In this document: piece by piece, positions 49,727 through 59,241 of the stretch
Layout of the letters: each line of letters starts with the position of its first letter
Position numbering within the stretch: position 1 is the stretch's first letter
Origin: an uncultured Collinsella sp.
GTDB lineage: Bacteria > Actinomycetota > Coriobacteriia > Coriobacteriales > Coriobacteriaceae
DNA: 64,000 nucleotides
Direction: 5' to 3'
Assembly: GCA_949294785.1 (NCBI GenBank)
Contig: CASFIQ010000016.1
Coordinates: 8,770 to 72,769, forward strand
Notes under the pieces: generated by a model
Told to the model about the DNA's origin: nothing
The model's database searches: none
Seen by the model: only the letters and a program-made list of their open reading frames with translations
Position numbers and translations under genes: made by a program

Positions 49727-52700
49727 TTACGATTGCGTGCCTCGAGCACCTATGCGACCGCGATCAGCGGTGGGGGAGCGCTGCAACCGGGGGGGGTCCA
49801 ATCTCAGGTACTTCTGCTCGAAGATCTCGGGCGGAAGGGGCTTGTCGTAATAGAAACCCTGGCAGATTGGGCAGCCCTCGTTTGCGATCGCGATCGCCTG
49901 GTCGCGGGATTCGACTCCCCCTGCCACGCAGGTCATGCCCTGCGCGGCGCAGATCTCGGCGATGTTGTGCACGAGCGAACGGCTTACATCGTTCTCGGGA
50001 AGGCCCCGCGTGACGCTGCCGTCGAGCTTGATCGTGTCGAAGCGCACGTTTGCGAGAACCGCCACGTTCGAGTACCGGGAACCGAAATCGTCGAGCGCGA
50101 CGCGCAGGCCGAGCGACCGGTATCGCTCCACGAGCTCGCTCAGCGTGGTCTTTCCCAGGTCGATGGCGGTCTCGGTGATCTCCATCTCCATAAGGTCGCT
50201 CGGGACGTCGGGGAACCTGCTCATGATCGCGAGCACCGACGCGAGCGCGGTCGAGCCCATCAGCGTGAAGCGCGAGAAGTTGCTCGAGATCGGCTTCACG
50301 TCGAGCCCCTTGGCACGCCAGGTCGATAATAGCTCGAGCGTCTGCTCCAGGATGAAGTAATCGAGCTCGTTGATGCGGCCCGCCTGCTCCAACCGCTCGA
50401 TCTCGCGGACGGGGGAGACGGGCTTGCCGTCGGGTGCCAGCGCGCGGGCGAGCGCCTCGGCACCGATCATCTCGCCAGTGCGCACGTCGATCTTGGGCTG
50501 CAGGAACACGGTGAAGCGATCGCGGATGGAAGTCGTCCCGGCAAGCGCATCGAGGTCGATGGGGATGGGAGTCTTGCCCGGCTCTATACCGATCTGGCGC
50601 AGGAGGTCCGCGTCGGCAGGACGGTCGGAGAGAGCCGTCGCGCGGGCCTCGTTCAGCGTGCGCCAGACCTTATCCTTGCTGTCGGTCCACGCGGCTCCGA
50701 TCAAGATGTCCTCGGGGTTGCTCGTATAGAGGGCGCTTCGTGTGCTCGCGCAGCGCTGGATGAAGGCGTGATACAAGCTATCGGGATAAAGCGTGACGAA
50801 GTCGGTGTCCGAGACGCGATAGAGGTGCTCGCGGCCGAAGATCCGATTCAGGGTCGAGGTGACCTTGAGGAAGACGCGGATGGCTCCGCTGAAGCCCGAC
50901 CGGATGACGATTCCTGCGGGGTCCTGCACGCTCACGTAGAGCACACCCACGGTGAGCCATGACGATGACTCAGCGGCGGCGAGCTCGCGGTCGAGCTCGG
51001 GCTCGCCGGGCATCGCCTCGAGCTCGTCCAGAAGCGGCTCCTCTGCCCTCAGCGTACCCGTCGAGAGGCGGGACCATTGGCCCAGGAGGCGCTCCGCGAC
51101 GAGGCGGTCGAGGCCCCAGTGCTCGCAGCGCTCCTGAGGCTGGTCGATGCAGAGCACCATGGTGCGCGTGTCGTTGCGTGAGACCGGAACGAGCGCGAAG
51201 CTCCACATCTCGCCGTCATCGGGCATGACCGGGGCGTTCGCGGTGCGCTCGCGCTCGAAGTACACCGGATCGGACTGCGCCAGGTTCCGCTCGATGAAGG
51301 GGAAGCGCGAGACGGGGCTGTTCGAGAACGCGGTGCGGATGGGCGTGATCCCGGCGGCGTCCCATTCGAACATGATCTCGAGCTGCATGTCGGTGTGGGT
51401 GACCATGGCCACGTATACGCGTCGTGCCATATGGAAGATACCCAAGCCATGTATGGCGGTGTCGATGGCATGGGTCGCGGTCGGGGCGGAGAGCATGCGC
51501 GTGCAGATCTTCGCGTACGCCGTCGCCTCGCCGGGATTCAGCGCCTCGATGGCATCTGCCGTCTCGGGTCCGATGTCGTTGTCGCGCAGGTGTGCGCGGT
51601 GCCCGGCGACGGGTACCGGGCGCACGAACGTGTCCCTCGTCAGATCCATGCGTTGCTCACAGATCGATTGGGCGCGCACGAGTGCGGGCTCGAGCGCGAA
51701 CGCCGCAGTAGTGCCGTAGACGATGCCCACCGTGAACGCGAAACGCTCCGGTGACCCCTTGCCTTCGGAAGGGAGCTCGTCGCTTACGCTCTCGCGTACG
51801 GACTCGCAAGCTGCGCGCACCCGGCGCGAGACGGCACCGGGCGTGCTCATTCCGGCGATGAAGGCCGCAATCGTTTCTTCATCAAGCGAGAACGTCACGC
51901 ACTCGGTCCCCAGGAACACGGCGAGGCCGCATGCGATGTCGGCGCTGAGCGCGTCGCTGCGCTGCGCGCTTCCGGGCACCTTGATGATTGCGAGCGCGCA
52001 CGGGTCGTCGGACTCGGAGCCGGAGCCGGAGAGGATGGTCTCCACCACGAGGCTCGCGTATTCGTAGCGGTACAGCATGGTCCTGGGGTCGCGCATCACG
52101 GAGGGGGCGGTCGATGCCTCCCAACTGGTGCGCTCGGCGCAACCGTTGGTGATGGCGGTCAGCCACAGGTGTCCGTCGCTGCGACGGCGCGCGCATGCGG
52201 CGATACGCGCGGGGACCACCGAGCCGGAGGGCTGCACCACACGAAGGAAGTCGATCGCCCATCTCCTGCCGGCGTCGTAACGCTCGCGCACCGCGACGGG
52301 GTCTAAAAGCTTCCGGTAGGTTCGACGGTCGGCGTCGGTGAACATGATCTGCGAGCCTGCTTCGAGGGCGTGCCCGTAGTCCATGGTCACCGGGGCGTAG
52401 CCCAAGTCGTTGTCGGGTTTCATCAGGTACTCGAGCCGTCCCTCGTCGAGGTCCGAATACGAGGCGCGTATCAGATGGGGGTAGAGGGAGTCGGGAAAGG
52501 GGGAGCGGTCGGGACCCGGCCGGTTGGGTGTTTCCAGGTCGCGGCAGATGCCGATCGCGCGCGGGGAGGGATCTGAGTCCGAGCCGACCAAACGAAATGA
52601 GAGCGCGCACCATTCATAGCCGGGGTGGCCGTGGTGGCGCACGCGCGCAGTTGCCCCGCCGTGAGGCGCGCCGGAGCGGATGCCGTCGAACAGGCGGCGC

Positions 52701-53050
52701 ACCGAGGATGCAGATTCGGGATGGACCATGCCCGCCTGGATCGCGGAATCGGGCATGTCCTCGAAGACGCGCTTCTGCAGCACGCCCTCATCATCGATGA
52801 AGTAGATCTTAAGCACGTTAGCCTGCGGTTCGAAGATCCAGAACTCGATGTCGTAGGAGCGGGTGGCAAGCTGCAGCCAGGTGAGCTGGGTCTCGATGCC
52901 CCGCTGTTGCCGCTCGATGGTGTCGACGAGGTCCTCGGGTGAGAACGGGGCGCGGTCGAAGAGGCTCAGTTCGATTGCGGCTTTCATCGGGTCGTCTTCG
53001 CCTGGTGCGCCTGCATCGTCCGCGGCGATGCGCTTCGTGTCAATGGTCAC
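49727..53050 (-). CDS. Multidomain EAL protein (PAS-like, degenerate GGDEF, GAF, degenerate GGDEF, EAL)
   Basis: FLQPK, AEALAR, SSNFS, EITE, LDDFGSRYS, KLD, QGFYY; GAF signature FEWDAAGI; GGDEF remnants SLDEET and RVSDTDF. Confidence 0.88.
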   Translation of the reverse strand: MTIDTKRIAADDAGAPGEDDPMKAAIELSLFDRAPFSPEDLVDTIERQQRGIETQLTWLQLATRSYDIEFWIFEPQANVLKIYFIDDEGVLQKRVFEDMPDSAIQAGMVHPESASSVRRLFDGIRSGAPHGGATARVRHHGHPGYEWCALSFRLVGSDSDPSPRAIGICRDLETPNRPGPDRSPFPDSLYPHLIRASYSDLDEGRLEYLMKPDNDLGYAPVTMDYGHALEAGSQIMFTDADRRTYRKLLDPVAVRERYDAGRRWAIDFLRVVQPSGSVVPARIAACARRRSDGHLWLTAITNGCAERTSWEASTAPSVMRDPRTMLYRYEYASLVVETILSGSGSESDDPCALAIIKVPGSAQRSDALSADIACGLAVFLGTECVTFSLDEETIAAFIAGMSTPGAVSRRVRAACESVRESVSDELPSEGKGSPERFAFTVGIVYGTTAAFALEPALVRAQSICEQRMDLTRDTFVRPVPVAGHRAHLRDNDIGPETADAIEALNPGEATAYAKICTRMLSAPTATHAIDTAIHGLGIFHMARRVYVAMVTHTDMQLEIMFEWDAAGITPIRTAFSNSPVSRFPFIERNLAQSDPVYFERERTANAPVMPDDGEMWSFALVPVSRNDTRTMVLCIDQPQERCEHWGLDRLVAERLLGQWSRLSTGTLRAEEPLLDELEAMPGEPELDRELAAAESSSWLTVGVLYVSVQDPAGIVIRSGFSGAIRVFLKVTSTLNRIFGREHLYRVSDTDFVTLYPDSLYHAFIQRCASTRSALYTSNPEDILIGAAWTDSKDKVWRTLNEARATALSDRPADADLLRQIGIEPGKTPIPIDLDALAGTTSIRDRFTVFLQPKIDVRTGEMIGAEALARALAPDGKPVSPVREIERLEQAGRINELDYFILEQTLELLSTWRAKGLDVKPISSNFSRFTLMGSTALASVLAIMSRFPDVPSDLMEMEITETAIDLGKTTLSELVERYRSLGLRVALDDFGSRYSNVAVLANVRFDTIKLDGSVTRGLPENDVSRSLVHNIAEICAAQGMTCVAGGVESRDQAIAIANEGCPICQGFYYDKPLPPEIFEQKYLRLDPPRLQRSPTADRGRIGARGTQS

Positions 53051-53405
53051 GTCAGAACCTCTCCCTATGGGCGCAGCTCCCCGTCCGCGTCGCAGCTAAC
53101 TTAATATTATTACCCACATTCAACCATCTATAAACCTACCCCGGGGTACAAAATATGTAAACGGTAAATACCGGGTGCGGGAACGGTGAAATTTGCGTGA
53201 CGAGGGGGCTGTATTTGACCTCTCCGTCACATCACGTGGTCGAGGGCGTATTCTGATGCCAGGGAGAAGGAAACCAGCGCCTTCCGGCTCCGGAGCCCTC
53301 TCTCCGACATGTACGGGGGATCGGATCCGAACGGTCCCCTGTTTTCATGTGGGGGAGAGTCGGCCCCGGTGCCTCACGGCTTCTTCAAACCTTGTCAAGC
53401 GCCCC

Positions 53406-53434
53406 TTGCAAATCGTCGTCCGAGCGGGTACTAT
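53406..53434 (+). promoter_or_regulatory. Promoter of rplS
   Basis: TTGCAA-N17-TACTAT. Confidence 0.65.
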
Positions 53435-53504
53435 GCTTTCGTTTGTCAAACCCATGTGCCGGCCTACGGGCGCTGCACCTCTGGATGAGAGTTAGGAACG
53501 AGAA

Positions 53505-53846
53505 ATGGACTACATCCGCGCAATCGAGCGCCAGCAGATCCGCGAGGACATCCCGCAGGTCCGCGTCGGCGACAACGTCAAGGTGCACTACCGCATCAAG
53601 GAGGGTGACCGCGAGCGCATCCAGGTCTTCCAGGGCGACGTCATCCGCATGAGCGGCGCCGGCTCCCGTGAGACCTTCACCGTTCGCAAGATCTCCTTCG
53701 GCGTGGGCGTCGAGCGCACCTTCCCGCTGCACAGCCCCAAGATCGGCAAGCTCGAGGTCGTGCGTCACGGCCGCGTTCGTCGCGCTAAGCTCTACTATCT
53801 GCGCGATCGCGTGGGTAAGGCTGCCCGCATCCCCGAGAAGCGCTAA
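53505..53846 (+). CDS. rplS: 50S ribosomal protein L19
   Basis: [37 protein letters not shown]. Confidence 0.99.
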   Translation: MDYIRAIERQQIREDIPQVRVGDNVKVHYRIKEGDRERIQVFQGDVIRMSGAGSRETFTVRKISFGVGVERTFPLHSPKIGKLEVVRHGRVRRAKLYYLRDRVGKAARIPEKR

Positions 53847-53871
53847 GCAGCGATACAGCAATGCGATTTCT

Positions 53872-53897
53872 GGCCGCTCTTCGGAGCGGCCTTTCTT
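53872..53897 (+). terminator. Intrinsic terminator after rplS
   Basis: GGCCGCTC-TTCG-GAGCGGCC-TTTCTT. Confidence 0.85.
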
Positions 53898-53916
53898 GTA
53901 CGGGAAGGCTTCTCAC

Positions 53917-54705
53917 ATGGCGAACCTCCACTCCTCGGTGCCCGCGGCCCGCGTCGCCGCGGAGCTCGCCGCCGCCTCGCTCGACGAGGTCGATGCCCTC
54001 ATCGCCCGATACGAGGACGACCCGCGCTCACAGGTGAGAAAGGCGGTCGAACGCGCGTGCCGGCGCCGCGACCGGGAGCGCGCCGAGCGCGAGCGTGTGA
54101 TCGCGATGTACGAACGCATGCGCGAGCTGGGCGGCGACGGCGTGGTGGTCGGGGTCGACGAGGTCGGTCGCGGATCGGTCGCCGGACCCCTCACGGTCTG
54201 CGCCGTATGCCTTCCGGCCGATCCCCTGGTGTGGGGCATAAACGATTCCAAGAAACTCGCCCCCGAACGCCGCGAGGTCCTGGCCGCTCGTATCGCCGAG
54301 GTCGCGCGCGCCATCGGCATCTGCCATATCCCGCCTGCCGATATCGATCGCTTGGGTATGGCGACCGCGCTGAGGCGCGCTGTCGCCGGTGCGGTGGCCG
54401 ATACGGGCATCGCGCCCGATTGCGTCCTTATGGACGGCAACCCGCTCGGCGCCGTCCCGAACGAGCGCGATGTGGTCCATGGCGATGCGACTGTCGCCTG
54501 CATCGCGGCGGCATCCATCGTCGCGAAGGTGACGCGCGACGAGCTCATGGTCGAGCTCGACGCCGAATATCCCGGCTACCATTTCGCTGAATCTAAAGGA
54601 TATGCTTCCGCCGACCATATCGCCGCCATCCGAGCCCGCGGACTCACTGATCAGCATCGCGTCAGCTTTTGTGGAAACTTCCTTGAGACCGAGCGCCTTT
54701 TCTGA
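53917..54705 (+). CDS. rnhB: Ribonuclease HII
   Basis: GVDEVGRG, NDSKKL, MDG, IAAASIVAKVTRD, KGY. Confidence 0.96.
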   Translation: MANLHSSVPAARVAAELAAASLDEVDALIARYEDDPRSQVRKAVERACRRRDRERAERERVIAMYERMRELGGDGVVVGVDEVGRGSVAGPLTVCAVCLPADPLVWGINDSKKLAPERREVLAARIAEVARAIGICHIPPADIDRLGMATALRRAVAGAVADTGIAPDCVLMDGNPLGAVPNERDVVHGDATVACIAAASIVAKVTRDELMVELDAEYPGYHFAESKGYASADHIAAIRARGLTDQHRVSFCGNFLETERLF

Positions 54706-54874
54706 TTCCGCACCACACCGCGTCGAATGATTCGTCCCCCTGCATCCTGCCGTTTTCCCAGCGGGTCGGATGGCATTCGAATGATTGTCGGATTCCGGTC
54801 AGATTCTTTCCGATCCATCTCAGGCGCGCCTTCCATCATGGGTCCGTGACAAGGACCTCGATGGAGGGAGGCAT

Positions 54875-55357
54875 ATGCTGGACAATCTCGGCCGCTACGG
54901 GTCCATCGGCGAGGACCTGCTGCTCAGGGACGTTCCGATCGAGGAGGTGCCCACAGAGGTTCCTCCGGGCCAGATGAGCACGCGCGAGCTTGGGATCTAC
55001 GGGGAGCGCATCGCCGCGATCTATCTCGAGAAGCGCGGTTACGAGCTGCTTGAGCGGAACTACCGGTGTCCGGAGGGTGAGGCCGACCTCGTGGCGTTCG
55101 ACCCGGTCCTGGCCGAAGTGGTCCTCGTCGAGGTCAAGACGCGCCGTGGGCGCCGCGGAGCGATCGACGATTTCCCCGAGGAAGCGGTCACACCAGCCAA
55201 GATGCGCCGGTATCGGCGTATAACCGCATGCTACGTCATGGACAACTACCCCACATCGCGCTCGCGCTTCGATGTGGTCGCCATCACCGTTCGCGGGCCG
55301 CAATCGTGCGATATCGATCATCGTTACGACCTGTTTTGCTGGGAGGCGGAACGGTGA
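54875..55357 (+). CDS. YraN family nuclease-fold protein
   Basis: GIYGERIAA, ERNYRCPEGEADLV, VEVKTR, EAVT, RFDV. Confidence 0.9.
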   Translation: MLDNLGRYGSIGEDLLLRDVPIEEVPTEVPPGQMSTRELGIYGERIAAIYLEKRGYELLERNYRCPEGEADLVAFDPVLAEVVLVEVKTRRGRRGAIDDFPEEAVTPAKMRRYRRITACYVMDNYPTSRSRFDVVAITVRGPQSCDIDHRYDLFCWEAER

Positions 55358-56847
55358 GCGCGCGAACCGTCGCCGTTCACGGCGCGACGATCCACGGGGT
55401 TGAGGCGCTTCCCGTGACCGTCGAGGTTGCCATGGGCGGGGGCATTCCCACCATCCGGATCGTGGGCATGCCCGACGCGAGCGTGCTGGAGGCGCGCGGC
55501 CGTATCCGCTGCGCCCTGAGGAACGCCGGGTTCGAGCTCCCGCGTCGCGCGATCACGGTGAACCTGCGTCCGGCGGACCTCAGGAAGAGCGGCTCGGCGC
55601 TCGATCTTCCGATCACCGTGGCGATCCTCGCCGCCTCGGGGCAGATCGCGGTCGATGCGCTGCCCGGCATGCTATTTGTAGGCGAGCTCGGGCTCGAGGG
55701 TGAGGTCCTGCCGGTCAAGGGCGAGGTGGCCTACCAGATACTCTCAAGGGAGACGGGCCTCATCCTCGTCGGGGGCTGGGGTGAGCCGCTGGGTTGCATC
55801 GACGGTGTCCGCACCGGGCACCTTGCTCATATCGCACGGTTGCGCGACGTGCTTCCGCCGTCCCCGCGTGCTCCCCGTTCCGTCTCCGCCAAACGGGTCG
55901 TCGCGCTCGATTACGAGGACGTGGTGGGGCAGGAGGTTGCCAAGCGCGCCCTCGCGATCGCCGCGACCGGCGGGCAGGGGGCGATTATGATCGGCCCCCC
56001 GGGGTCGGGAAAGACCATGCTCGCTGAGCGCCTGCCCACGATCCTGCCGCCGATCGAGGGGGCGCTCAGACAGGAGGCGCTCTGCATCCACTCGGTCGCG
56101 GGCGAATCGCTGGAGGGGCTCCTGGCGGGTGTGCGCCCGTTTCGCGCTCCTCATCACTCGATCACACCGGTGGGGCTCGTCGGAGGCGGTCGCCCCGTTC
56201 GTCCCGGCGAGGTGAGCCTCGCGCACGGGGGATGCCTCTATCTCGATGAGGTGGGGGAGTTCGGCCCCGCCACGCTTCAGATGCTCAGGCAACCCCTCGA
56301 GTCGGGTTTCATCTCCATCATCCGTAACGCGGGCGCTTACCGGTTTCCCGCGCGCTTCCAGCTAGTCGCGGCCTCGAATCCCTGTCCGTGCGGATACCTG
56401 GGGGACCCTGAGGTCAGCTGTTCATGCACGAGCGCGCAGGTCGCCCGTTACCGGTCGCGGCTCGCGGGACCGCTCATGGATCGCATCGACATGGCGCTCG
56501 ATGTCGCACGCCCCGATCCCTCCCAAGTGATCGAAGGGGAGAGCGGCCTCTCCTCAGCGGACCTCGCCGCGCTCGTTATACGCGGTCGGGCGTTTCGCGA
56601 TTGGCGCTTGCGGCGGAATGCCTCCGAACCACGGGAGAGAACGGGTGCCCTTGGCGCGATATCGCTGGCGGGTGCGGCCCGCGATGCGCTCGAGCGCATC
56701 GCCCGCACCGAGCACCTCACGGCGCGCGGTATCAGCCGATTGGCCGGAATCGCGCGGACGATCGCCGATATAGATGAATCCCCCGAGGTCGAGCGCCCTC
56801 ATGTGCTCGAGGCGGCCCTTCTTCGAGGACGGGGGGATGCGGTATGA
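55354..56847 (+). CDS. comM: ComM/YifB Mg-chelatase-like AAA+ ATPase
   Basis: VGMPD, DLRKSGSALDLP, GPPGSGKT, PFRAPHHS, PGEVSLAH, NPCPCG, GPLMDRID; GTG overlaps yraN stop. Confidence 0.92.
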   Translation: MSARTVAVHGATIHGVEALPVTVEVAMGGGIPTIRIVGMPDASVLEARGRIRCALRNAGFELPRRAITVNLRPADLRKSGSALDLPITVAILAASGQIAVDALPGMLFVGELGLEGEVLPVKGEVAYQILSRETGLILVGGWGEPLGCIDGVRTGHLAHIARLRDVLPPSPRAPRSVSAKRVVALDYEDVVGQEVAKRALAIAATGGQGAIMIGPPGSGKTMLAERLPTILPPIEGALRQEALCIHSVAGESLEGLLAGVRPFRAPHHSITPVGLVGGGRPVRPGEVSLAHGGCLYLDEVGEFGPATLQMLRQPLESGFISIIRNAGAYRFPARFQLVAASNPCPCGYLGDPEVSCSCTSAQVARYRSRLAGPLMDRIDMALDVARPDPSQVIEGESGLSSADLAALVIRGRAFRDWRLRRNASEPRERTGALGAISLAGAARDALERIARTEHLTARGISRLAGIARTIADIDESPEVERPHVLEAALLRGRGDAV

Positions 56848-57776
56848 GCGCGGTTGTCGGAACCGCTGCGCCGCGCATCGTTATCGAGCGCGGTTCCGCG
56901 TGGTACCCGCCCCAGGTGGAGGAGCTTCCGCGCCCCCCTCAACGCATCTATCTGAGGGGCGACCCCGGCATCCTGGCAACCGAGTCGCTCTCGATCGTGG
57001 GCAGCAGGCTCGCGACACCCTATGGTCGCGCCGCGACGGAGCTCGCCGCGCGCCTGGCGGTCGAATGCGGGATCACCGTCGTATCAGGGGGCGCCATGGG
57101 GTGCGACGCGATCGCGGGTGAGGAGACGCTGCGTCGGGGAGGCCGCCACGTGATCGTGCTCGGCTGCGGCGCGGATGTCGTTTACCCGCGTTCGAGCGAG
57201 GAGCTGGTCAAGCGCACACTCGACTCAGGCGGAGCCGTGATATCGCTGGAACCCTGGGGTGCGCCTCCGCGGCGCTATACCTTCCCGAAGCGCAACCGCG
57301 TGATCGCGGCGCTCTCGCGGGCGACCTTCATCGCCGAGGCATCACTGCCTTCGGGCACGTTCTCCACGGCGGAGGCCGCGGTTGAGCTCGGTCGCGAGGT
57401 TCTCGCGGTACCCGGCTCCATATTCTCAGGGCTATCCCACGGGACCAACCATCTGATTGCCTCGGGTGCGACCTGCATTGCTGACGAGGAGGGCCTCGAG
57501 GTCGCCATCTCGCGAATCTTCGAGCGACTCCGATTCTGCCATGGTCCGGCGGGGGACGTTCCGGGGGAGAGCGAGCTCGAGCGCGAACTCGTCAGGATCC
57601 TCACTGCATCGCCCCTGCGCGTCGACGACATCGCCTCTCATGCGGGACTGCCCGTGCGCGATGCGCTCGAGGTCCTGGGCGACCTCACGGTCGCGGGATT
57701 GGTGGAGCGCCTCTTAGATGGCACCTACGCCGCCACGTCGCGGGCACTGCATGCGCAGACCTCGTATCGAACCTGA
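56844..57776 (+). CDS. dprA: DNA-processing protein DprA/Smf
   Basis: IVGSR, VSGGAMGCD, FPKRNRVIA, GREVLAVPG, C-terminal winged helix. Confidence 0.94.
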   Translation: MSAVVGTAAPRIVIERGSAWYPPQVEELPRPPQRIYLRGDPGILATESLSIVGSRLATPYGRAATELAARLAVECGITVVSGGAMGCDAIAGEETLRRGGRHVIVLGCGADVVYPRSSEELVKRTLDSGGAVISLEPWGAPPRRYTFPKRNRVIAALSRATFIAEASLPSGTFSTAEAAVELGREVLAVPGSIFSGLSHGTNHLIASGATCIADEEGLEVAISRIFERLRFCHGPAGDVPGESELERELVRILTASPLRVDDIASHAGLPVRDALEVLGDLTVAGLVERLLDGTYAATSRALHAQTSYRT

Positions 57777-57909
57777 TGGCCCTGCGCGGCGACCCGGCCG
57801 GTCCGTGGGGTATTCTTGTCATGGATCGTTCGTGCTGCTAGCATCCTTTCGAGCTGAAGGGTGGTCTATCGGGATGCTCGGTCCGATGGGTTCGGGCGTA
57901 GGAGGTCAT

Positions 57910-59241
57910 ATGGGCGAGGAACGCGTCACGGTCGTGGGCGGCGGTTTGGCGGGAACGGAATGCGCGCTGCAGCTTGCGGCACACGGCGTCCCGGTCGATC
58001 TCTTCGAGATGCGGCCCCACACTACCTCGCCCGCTCATCATACCGCCGGATTGGCCGAGCTCGTCTGCTCCAACTCGCTCAAGTCCAAGCGGCTCGATTC
58101 CGCCGCCGGCCTCCTTAAGGAGGAGCTCCGTCGCATGGGCTCGCGCCTCATCCGCGCGGCGGAGCAAAGCGCCGTCGAGGCCGGGGGCGCCCTCGCCGTC
58201 GACCGTGAGGAGTTCTCAAGGCGCGTAGGCGAGCTCGTCGAGGCAGAGCCCCTCATCCGCGTGATCCGCGAGGAGGTGCGCGATATCCCTTCGGGCCGCG
58301 TCGTCATCGCAGCCGGGCCCCTGTGCTCGCCGGCGCTCGCGGAGCGCGTGCTCGACCTCGTGGGGGGCGAGGCGCTCTCGTTTTTCGACGCTGCCGCCCC
58401 AATCGTCGACGCCGACTCGCTCGACTACTCGGTCCTGTTCTCCCAGTCGCGGTACGAGGCGGATGCTCCGGGCGATTATCTGAACGCACCTATGTCGAAG
58501 GATGAATACGAGCGCTTCGTCGACGAGCTCCTCGCGGCGAAACGGGTCATCACCAAGGATTTCGAGCGACGCGAGCTCTTCCAGGCGTGCCAGCCGGTCG
58601 AAGAGGTCGCGCGCACCGGTCGCGATGCGATCCGTTTCGGCGCCCTGAAACCGGTCGGGCTCATTGACCCTCGGACCGGCAGGAGGCCTTGGGCCGCGGT
58701 GCAGCTGCGTGCCGAGAACCGCGAGCGCACGGCGTACAACCTGGTAGGCTTTCAGACCAATCTCACCTTCGGCGAGCAGAAGCGGGTGTTCCGCCTGATC
58801 CCCGGTTTGGAGAACGCCGAGTTCTTCCGCTACGGCGTCATGCACCGCAACACCTTCGTCGACGCGCCGCACGTGCTCGACCGCACCTTCCTGATCCCCG
58901 GAACGAGCGTGCGCCTCGCCGGCCAGATCTGCGGGACCGAGGGGTATGTGGAGGCGATGGCCTCGGGTCTTGTCGCCGCGATCAACACCTGGGCCGATAT
59001 CACGGGCGCGCCCGCGCTCGAGCTTCCCGCGACGGGTGCCTTGGGGTCGCTTCTGGCGTATGCGACGAATCCCGACACGCAGCAGTATCAGCCCATGCAC
59101 GTGAACTTCGGGTTGGTTCCGCCGCTTTCCGACGGGCGTCGCCGCTCGAAGCGCGACCGCTACGCCGCCTATGCGACCCGTGCGCTCGACGACCTGGATG
59201 CCTATCTCGCCAGCCGACCGGATCTTTTTGAGGAACGGTGA
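57910..59241 (+). CDS. trmFO: Folate-dependent tRNA m5U54 methyltransferase TrmFO
   Basis: GGGLAGTE, AELVCSNS, ALAVDR, LKPVGL, VGFQTNL, YGVMHRNT, GTEGY. Confidence 0.96.
   Translation: MGEERVTVVGGGLAGTECALQLAAHGVPVDLFEMRPHTTSPAHHTAGLAELVCSNSLKSKRLDSAAGLLKEELRRMGSRLIRAAEQSAVEAGGALAVDREEFSRRVGELVEAEPLIRVIREEVRDIPSGRVVIAAGPLCSPALAERVLDLVGGEALSFFDAAAPIVDADSLDYSVLFSQSRYEADAPGDYLNAPMSKDEYERFVDELLAAKRVITKDFERRELFQACQPVEEVARTGRDAIRFGALKPVGLIDPRTGRRPWAAVQLRAENRERTAYNLVGFQTNLTFGEQKRVFRLIPGLENAEFFRYGVMHRNTFVDAPHVLDRTFLIPGTSVRLAGQICGTEGYVEAMASGLVAAINTWADITGAPALELPATGALGSLLAYATNPDTQQYQPMHVNFGLVPPLSDGRRRSKRDRYAAYATRALDDLDAYLASRPDLFEER

Larger units (their letters stand above)
41312..53379. mobile_element. 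Putative genomic island (c-di-GMP / phosphorelay / CheBR signalling), no integrase inside
   Basis: Six signalling genes interrupt housekeeping synteny; flanked by GCCCCGGTGCCT(T/C)ACGG at 41312-41328 and 53363-53379. Confidence 0.6.

Noticed and set aside
53193-53495. 100-aa ORF in the EAL-rplS gap
   Set aside because: TTG start without SD, atypical composition, overlaps the rplS promoter and palindromes
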